Below, in pieces: positions 26,301 through 35,300 of a DNA stretch of 64,000 nt. Below the pieces are notes generated by a model. That model was not told where the DNA came from, searched no databases, and was given only the letters and a program-made list of their open reading frames with translations. Within the stretch, counting starts at the first letter, position 1; the number at the start of each line of letters is the position of its first letter. A program made the position numbers and the translations under genes. The DNA is taken from the NCBI GenBank assembly GCA_051294905.1, contig CM119371.1, positions 9,736,001-9,800,000 on the forward strand, read 5' to 3'. Origin of the DNA: Botryllus schlosseri (taxonomy: Eukaryota).

Positions 26301-29300
26301 AGTAGGGTTCTGGTTTAAATCAGTCTGATTTAAATCAGTGTGATTTAAATCAGGTTTTTTTTCTTGATTTTTGATTTTAATTTCACCATTTCGATTTTAA
26401 TGATTTTTTTGATTTTTTCACATTTTCTGACGAGATGCGTGAATGTGGTTTATTATCGGACAATCATGTGCGTTTTATATTAACCGGACGTAGTATTTCG
26501 TCACCGGCACCGCTATGGTTCAGCTATTTGACAGACAGGGGGAAAAGAGCAAAGAGCGGTACGGTAGTCAATCAATATGTTAGTGTTTTTGCTGTGGATA
26601 GTTAGTTGTCTACGACATGCTGCTGCTATTTCTGAGGCACTCGTGCGATACCGAAAAGGAAGCACAATCCGGAGTCTCTATCGAAAGATTCCCTAATCTC
26701 TGATGCATAAGCGTTGCAAAAATCAGTTTGCAGTTATTGCGGACTGGAGCGATGGGCCAACTAGCTGTGGAATGTGAACACAAGTAAGATACCATGTCAT
26801 TATGTGTGATTCATATTTATGTAGCTGCTTGAATACTGGTTATGGATTGAAATAGAAATGAATCTGTGTGCACCGTAAACAGGAACTCATGCCGTAAAAC
26901 ACCATGTCCCTAGATTTATCAGAACACGCGCATGACGTTTGGTGAAAATCTCACCCTTGACTCATCCCCTCAAGCTCGATGCTGAAGCAATCAAAGGCCA
27001 TAACTTTTGCCATTGGCAAACATCTATTGGGCAATCCCGCTTGTATATGTTAACCAAAAATATGGTAGCTCGTAAGATTGCCATTTACCTTTAATTTTAC
27101 TTCAGAAAAAGAGAGACAATACGGCACTTGGATTTTGACTTAAACATGCATGCTGTGCTCAGAACAAGCAAGCTCCAATTACATAGAATAACTGTAAGCA
27201 ATGATAGCGACATCAAAACATATAGAAAGAAAAGATTTAGACCAGTGGTTTCAAAACTTTTTTTGACTAATCGCATGTCTGAATTAAAAATCTTGCATTT
27301 TTGCAGCCATCTCTGGACAATACCTCTGCTGCCCTTCTCTTATCAAGCTGGATGTGGCTCAAGCTCGAGATTAAAAAGACTATTGCTCTTTGTGCGGACA
27401 ATAAAGTCTAATGTTGTCAAAGATGCAGCTACAAGAGCATCAACTCATGTCGGGGACCATCATTTAGTTTCATGGATTCTAGATCCTCGAGTTAGAGGAT
27501 GTAGCTTGGACAATTGACATTAATCGCAAAAGAGTTGTTCGAGACCTGGCAAAATGAATATTTTCAAAGATGGAACCGAAATGCAATGATTAGTCTGCTG
27601 GTAACCTATAATCGAACAATTGGTTGGATTGATTATGATTGTAAAGTTGGTGAGTATAATTGTGTACACTCCACACACACTGAATGTCCCTTATCTTCCC
27701 TTGATTTCTAGGAATTTTCGATGCAGAATCGAGTATCTCGGTACCATATCTAATTCATCAGCCAGCATTATTCTGGATGGATCATGCCGGTGTTCTCCAA
27801 AGCTTTCAAGACTCGCCTTTCGTCCGTTGCACATGCTGCATCTTGCGAGGGGCATCAGTCATGTGCAGCCGCAACTGCAAACAAGAGTCGTGATTGCCTG
27901 CCACAGGCAAATCTTGAAGTGATCCTGCGAGTGAAAGATCACTTCATGGACTATGCTACTAACAAAGCAGATGAAGAGTTCAGGAAGATCAACAGTTTGC
28001 TGGCAGAGACCAATCCATCAATCAAGATGATGGTGCAACTATAATAGATGGTCCCGAGATAAATCAACGTGTTCCTCGCTACTAGAAGAGATCAGTAATG
28101 ATTCCAACGACCCATCATTACCACATAGGTTAAACGTTTTCAGCTATGTGGGTGATGATTCGCAGCCCCACATTATGAAAATTTAAGCGTTTTCTTTCAT
28201 CACCTTGATTGACAGTGTCGTCATTGATCGCATTTTCTTTTATTCGTATTGTCTTTGTTATTATAAGTAAAAAAACCAAAAAAATCAAAAAAATCATGAT
28301 TTGAATTAATTATTCGATTAAAATCGATTTTAATCAGAGGCAAAATGATTTAAACCGGAACCCTAAGGAGAAGTGAGTTCGAAACGAGAAGAATAGTATT
28401 TCTTTAATCAAAGCAAAGTGGTGTATTTACGGGTATATTTGTTCCATTAGAATTTTTCATTGCACGGTTTAGTGATGTTAATATGGACACCCTGTCCCCC
28501 TAAATCTAGAACAGTATATCACGTTCATACAGTCGAACGAATTGGCCATGACAAATTATGCGAACTTTGTTATAGCAACATTTGAATTTGCCTACCATAT
28601 GTCCATAGTTTCCAAACATATCGTGGTCCGTAATCCGGTCTGTGGTGTAATCGGGCATGCTATAGTTGTACCAGCCAGAAATCAAATTCTTCACAGAAAA
28701 ACTCTGTGACACGGCATGTAATATTGTTGCCCTGTAATCTGAAAATAGTGTCAGTATAGCACTTCGCGATGATTTGTGTATCGAACCGTATTTTATATAA
28801 ACTCGTAATTTTCAATAAACGATTTCATGGCCGAAACACTCAATGTGAAATGTCAATATGGAAGCCAATCTTACCGTTCCCAGCGGCAATAGGAAAGTGA
28901 TCGCTGAATAAATTTTTCAGATTTCCGCCGTACTTCTGTAGAAATTGATTGGTCGACCGATATTTGAACATAGTTCCTGATTGCATTGAATCTAATTCCC
29001 ACTGACTGCGAACATGCCACACCATCACATCAGATGCCTGTAAAGATAGAAATGGTAATCAGGTCAATACCACAAAATCTTGAATTTATGCATGGACATT
29101 GGACAATCAATCGATAGTGGTATTTTGGCTCGACAAATGGCATGTCTGCTTCAAAAACTATACCTTTTACACCTAAATTGAAATATCCTGAATTAAACAC
29201 ATGAAACTCTCTTACAGGAATGACATTCAATGATGCAATATGCTTCATCGCTGCTTGTAATGTATAGGCCTACTTACGTTTATTTTGTAATAGCCTTCAT

Positions 29301-32300
29301 TTTTGTAGTCGTCTCGCATACAGTCACGTACGTTCCCAAACGTTATTTTGTTTTCCCAGTTGGTTTTTCCTGCGAATAAGATAATTTAATGCAAATGTAA
29401 AAGAATATAATGTATGACGAGGTATCGGCTAACGACTAAAATGATTGATCGGACCGGAAAGAATGCCTACATTGTGTAAGCGTATGTAACAGAAAAAACA
29501 CATTTTGTGAACCAATAAATAATGTATTTGAGGTTTAGTTACATGTGTCCTGTGGTAGATTTCTGTTTTCATGATTCAGCGAAACCTTAAGGGTTCACAA
29601 ACCTTTGTAAATTAGAGTAATATTGCCTAGTTTCGTGAAGGTGAAGAAATACTATTGTTGAGTGAATTCAAGTGGGATACTACGTCTTTACGCACACGAG
29701 AACAGTGATTATTCAAAATCCTATATGTAGTTTCACTTTTTAAGATATAGTGTCACTATAGCTTTCGTACTTTTATTGCGACCCCCCTTCTGAAAAAAAT
29801 GTACGGAATCAAGTCTATCTTCAGTCGTCTTTACGAGCGGGGCTTTGGAGCCGGAGCCGGAGCCGGAGCCCCAGAGCCGTGCATTTTCACCGGAGCTGGA
29901 GCCGGAGCTCCATATAAAATTCAGCCGGAGCCGGAGCTGGCGCCCATTATTTGAGGAGTAGCTCCGGCTCCGACCTATTTCCTAACATGCCATTATATAT
30001 ATGCAACAACCACAGCTGCTGATTTATCATTATTGAGCAGCAGGCCTGAATTTTAATACTGTGCAGAGCAATGGCATAGTCATAGTGTAAAAAGCAATCT
30101 AATGCAACTATGATGTTGTCGACAATTGACAAGTATAAAGTATGACGTCACAAGCCGGCACGGCGGCACCTATATGTCTTCGTTGCTACATCGGATGTTA
30201 CTGACGGCTGACAGACTCTAGATTACTATCGATAACTAACCTATGGGTAGATTAGTAATCTATATAGATCAGAGATGGCCAACCTTTTCGGCTAAAGTGG
30301 CACATGCAATTGACGAACGAGTGTGCGGTCACCTAGCCGCGCCAAGCGGGTAAAGTTTATAAATAAACTAGGTCAATTACGTGAGTATTGCGGGTATACC
30401 GCCCACTAGGCTCAGTTTGCAAGGACACGACTATTCGGCGTCTGGTCACACCGATAAGGTCTCCGATAATATGCGACAATCATGTTGTGCCTACATTTCA
30501 CCGTCGACTATCTTTATACGAGCGCAAACGCGCAACTCAAACACATTTGGCCCGCGGGTTGGCCACCCCTGATATTGACAGGCCCATTCGATAATTTCAG
30601 AGCCGGAGCCGGAGCTGGAGCCGGAGCTAATGTATGATAGAAGAGAGCTCCGGAGCCGGAGCTGGGGCAGTTTAAATTTACGGCTGCTCCAAAGCCCTGA
30701 TAACGAGTGCACGGTATGCTACATTGTCGCTTTAGTTAGGCAGTCTGCAGTCAGAAAATATACAGCCGGTTGGCGAGGGACATAGAGGCGTCAGCTACCT
30801 GCCGCCACTGTTTAGGAGAGCATGCCCCTGGAAAGAGTAATGGCAATAAAACCTTAGCCCAAAATGACCAACGCCGACATGTTGAGTGAAATCATCGAGT
30901 TGCTCTGTTGGCGCAATACGATACCCCTGTACGCACGTGACCCGCAAGGGAAAATATTTCGCCTCGTGAAGAAAAGCTCTTTGTTTTCGATGCGTTCATT
31001 AAACTTGGTTTTCTTTTAGTTTGATCCATTACATGTGAGCAATTCCAATATATTTTGAGAGGCTTCGTGGACCCCTGGATTTGGTTCGCGGACCGCTAGG
31101 GGTTCGCGGACCCGTGGCTGAGAACCACTGCAGTAGAGTCAGGTGCTTAATTCGATCCCTATTCAGTCACTACGATAACGTAATCGACCAGATCCAATTG
31201 CTATCGCCATCACGTTGCCTTGAATCAAGAATGGATTGAGCGACATATTGGCTGGAATAATTCTGCAAATTTAGATCCAACTTACAGTGGTTGCCAACCT
31301 TTTTCCACCCACGTACCATTTCGAGGTTTTATGCAGCGCTCGCGTACCACCTACAATCCTACATAAGTTACGCGCGTTTCCACTATTTATGACGTCATAA
31401 TCACGTGTTTGACCTATGCGAGGTGTAATAACAAATCCCATTAAACTAGGCATGAGGTGTCAAACATTCGGCCCGTGGCCGGATCCGGCCCGCCAGACGA
31501 TTTTATCCTGCCCGCGAATCGAATCCGAGTAGATTGAAAAAAATACTATATTATCCATAACATCCACAGTAATACACCAAATTACAACGTCTGCGTTGAC
31601 AGCTAAATATCTTGTATTCATCACAACCCATACGCAGGGCTAACGCCAGATTATGACAAAATCAGAGGGAACACAGAAATATGTCAGCTTGTATCGCCGG
31701 TAATGCCACTGTTTTAGCGGTTCTTAATTGTATTCAACCGGACAATCATCATATTTTCGCCAATTTCACTGTTCGCAAATAATGGCGTTGCGACTCGCTA
31801 GAATGAAACCCCTGCGATCCGTGCAATATCTATATATGTTTGATAATAAAGTATTCCAGCGGAAAGCAATGGCACGAGAAGGCCTTTTGGATTCCGTTGA
31901 CTGGTCCGGCCCGCAAGCGATCTCATGACTTGGATCCGGCCCGCGATGCAATTTGAGTCTGACACCCCTGAACCAAGCATTATCAGCCAGGGATGATGGG
32001 ATGTATGGCATTGTTTTTTTTTCGCAAGAAGAAGCGAATTATAAAATAAAATCACCACAAAAGTCAATTTATTTAATGCGATGGCTGCATTTGTTTATTT
32101 TCCACTAGGTGGTCAATGCGTGGCATACGTTTGCTCACAGCGCATCGGTAGTCATGTATGGGCGCAACATGTCGGTTTCGTTTCTTTGACTTGATAGTCA
32201 CTATAGGGATGAAAATCCTTGCTCGCATTCCCACGTATAAGGGGAAATTAGTAGCAGGGAATAGCGTGAGACAACGGCCTCAAAAAACTCAAAATCAACC

Positions 32301-35300
32301 CCGCCTGAACTAATAACTTTGTTCGGTCGACAAAAAAAAAAACAGAATCTACTCGCGTACCACCTGGAAGATCTTCGCGTACCACAGGTTGGGAACCACC
32401 GATATAATACATTAAACTGTTAATTTAGATGTCGGATAAAATAAGATTCTTTTCAGACATAGTATTGGTTGAATGGAAATTGGTTATTTCCCATCATACC
32501 TGTGTATTGGTCACCCCTAGTATAATCGGACCATCTGTCGTCATGTGCACATTTTGCAGTGATCTCGCTCTCATGAATGCTCGCAACCAACGTCCACCCA
32601 CCTCCGTCAGTCTCCATTTCGCAATACGCCTATGCAGATTGAAAAATAATTGGGAACGCATCGCCTAAAGATTAAACTCCAGTTTTTCATTTTACTGTGA
32701 CACAGATACAATACCTCATACAGTTCGGTTCCGTTAACATGAAGCTTCAACGACTTCATTCCACTGCGATTGAATCCTCGGTGTTTCAGGTCCAAGCAAG
32801 TTTCGCTGGTCGGATATATTGTACCCTGTCCACTGAATTGTTTCATACCATAGACATTTTGAAAATATGTATCAATGTCCATTTTAAGAGTGTGAAAGTG
32901 GATAAAGTGAGAAGTAAAAGCAATTTTCTGATGATAAAGTGAATGCGACCCAAATGCCATTGCATCCATATTGGCGCCGAAACATAATTCGGAATGTATG
33001 ATGATGGTCATACTAGCATAGATACGTCAGAACAAAATCGTAAGGGATAATAATTTTTATCCTTCCCGCAGTAACACGATCGAAATGGAATCAAAATCTC
33101 AATTCGATGTGTGTCAACTTATAAAAGCAAACAACGATGATTTGTACGCATACCTTGTCTAGCGTTGGCATATTAAACCGACGATAGTAAAAATCCTATA
33201 ATTCGCGCTCACGAAATTACCTATAATTAACTGCTTCACAAAGGTTTATTGTGAAATTTTTAAAATAAAAAGTTATTATGTAGGTGCGTTTTAGAGCTAT
33301 ATCGATTTATAATTAAAAGTAGTGGGAAACAAAACAAGTCCATCAAAAATAACTCACGTTTAGACATTTTATCAGGATCGAAAATAGTCTACGTCAACAG
33401 GGAGCTACTGGCTTAACGCAGGGCGATTTATATGGGGATCAAAGTATTGTTGTGAAGTGTACTAAGCCTTCCGTTTCCTGAATGGGGCAGCGTCGCTCTC
33501 GTACAAACAGCTGGCACTCCTCTCTGATGGCACGATCAAGAAACGATGCCGCAAGGAAAGTCGGTTGATTGATGGCAGGACCCCACGCCGATTTGTTGAA
33601 GATATTGCCAGGATTAATGTGCCTACTTCTGTCCAACAATCCTGATTTTGTATTCGTTGCTCACTTATATCTGTATCCATTGTTTTTTGTTTATTAGATT
33701 ATGATAGGTTTATTAGCAATTTCAACGGTTCAACGGTTATGTTTAAAAAACATTTTATCGGTTCAATACACCTCAGAAATTGCGATACAATGAAAAGTTA
33801 GGAAAAGATAGGTGTCGAAATTACTTGGACTAGTCATTGAGATCAGATTATTAGGTGAGATTTGGTCACATGTAGATGGTCATCAACAGGTTGGAGTGCG
33901 ATATTAAGGCTCGGGGACAAGGCTATTAGGATTAAGGATTAAATTATATTAACGTAGAATTTTGTGGCCACAGCATATATATTTCGCTCGAAACATTATG
34001 AAAATTCTGCACTCAGCGCAAAAACAACCGTTGAATGCCTCGGTCTTGGTTTCTCTGTCTCGTTTGAAGAACATATAACTTCTACTTGACAAACTATATT
34101 TAGCCAAAAGTAAGTAATTAAATCGAATAATACGACGAGATAAAAGTGCCTGAAATTAGATTTACTTGATTAGGTGCGGAAAGTAGAGTAAAATTACCTG
34201 AGTAGTTACTAAAACTAGAAGTTCTTCGTTACTGACCACCTCTGATTTTTACCTGATCGTGTGATTCTTACAGCGGACCACCAAGCACTTCGTTTTCAGT
34301 ATGACATTGACGCTAAAATACGGCCTATGTTGTCGTCCTGTTCTAGCGAACGAGACCACTAAGGGAAACATTTCGTCGATGGATAGCCGAGCCATTAGCA
34401 TCTGATAAATGGATTGTTAACAGCTGCCAACGCCTCAACTGATGTATATACATGTGGTTCCAGATGTTTTTTTGGTATTGAGACCATGGCAAAAATGTTC
34501 CGCCTACATTCCCCAATCAGATATAACCTATATGTTTGCAAACCATCCAAAGCATGTTATGGTTTACATCAAGACATCGGAAGATGTCCAGCTCTGGGAC
34601 GACATTTTAAAAGTGCCATTTTTATGACCCACGGTTACTGATTGCTTGCTAGTAGGAAAATGAAGACACTGTTTCTGCAAACAGCCATCAGGAACACCCA
34701 AAACAGCTGTACAATGCCAACGTGACTTTTTTCAAATTTTTAAGTTTTTGTAAACCCATTGCTCTCACATCCATAGGGTTACAGCAGGGGCGGGCAACTT
34801 CTCCAGTCGGCGGGCCGGATATAGGAAAATGAAGTACTGGCGGGCCGGACTGCTGAAACGATTTAATCGCCCATTTATCCACATATACAAGAAATAAATC
34901 GCATTTAATAAATGTTTTGACGACAGCAGCGTCACTTCACTGCCATTTCTCGTCGATAATGACAAAGACAATGTGGATTTGATAATAGCGTCGTCATAGA
35001 GGCGCCACCATGTCTGATTCTCTCTGATCAATCAACACACGGTGCAAACCTTAATGAAGATTTCAAGGCGTTCGATGAGTCCAGTACCCCAAATTTACAA
35101 AGATATCAATTCAATAGGGTTGAGTAGGTGACTAGATTTTGAGAATCTCATGAGAAATCTCATGAGAGCCGTTGTTATAAACTTACCGATATCGTGACGC
35201 TGCACTACCAATGGACGCTGTTTTAAATACAGTTTTAGCAGTCTCTATTCGATGCCCGAGACCTATTTATGCTTGTAGGGGGTTTCATTTGTTGAGCAAG

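Noticed and set aside
28431..28499. Possible extra phase 0-0 exon GDRVSILTSLNRAMKNSNGTNIP
   Set aside because: It is not needed for frame, has a weak donor, and has no paralog in the window. Left out pending cDNA.
29164..29200. Intronic FNSGYFNLGVK resembling a duplicate of the KNEGYY exon
   Set aside because: The similarity is very short and its splice phases do not fit the phase-0 intron it sits in.
30491..30712. Gly/Ser-rich ORF
   Set aside because: It is the translation of (GGAGCC)n MITE repeats.
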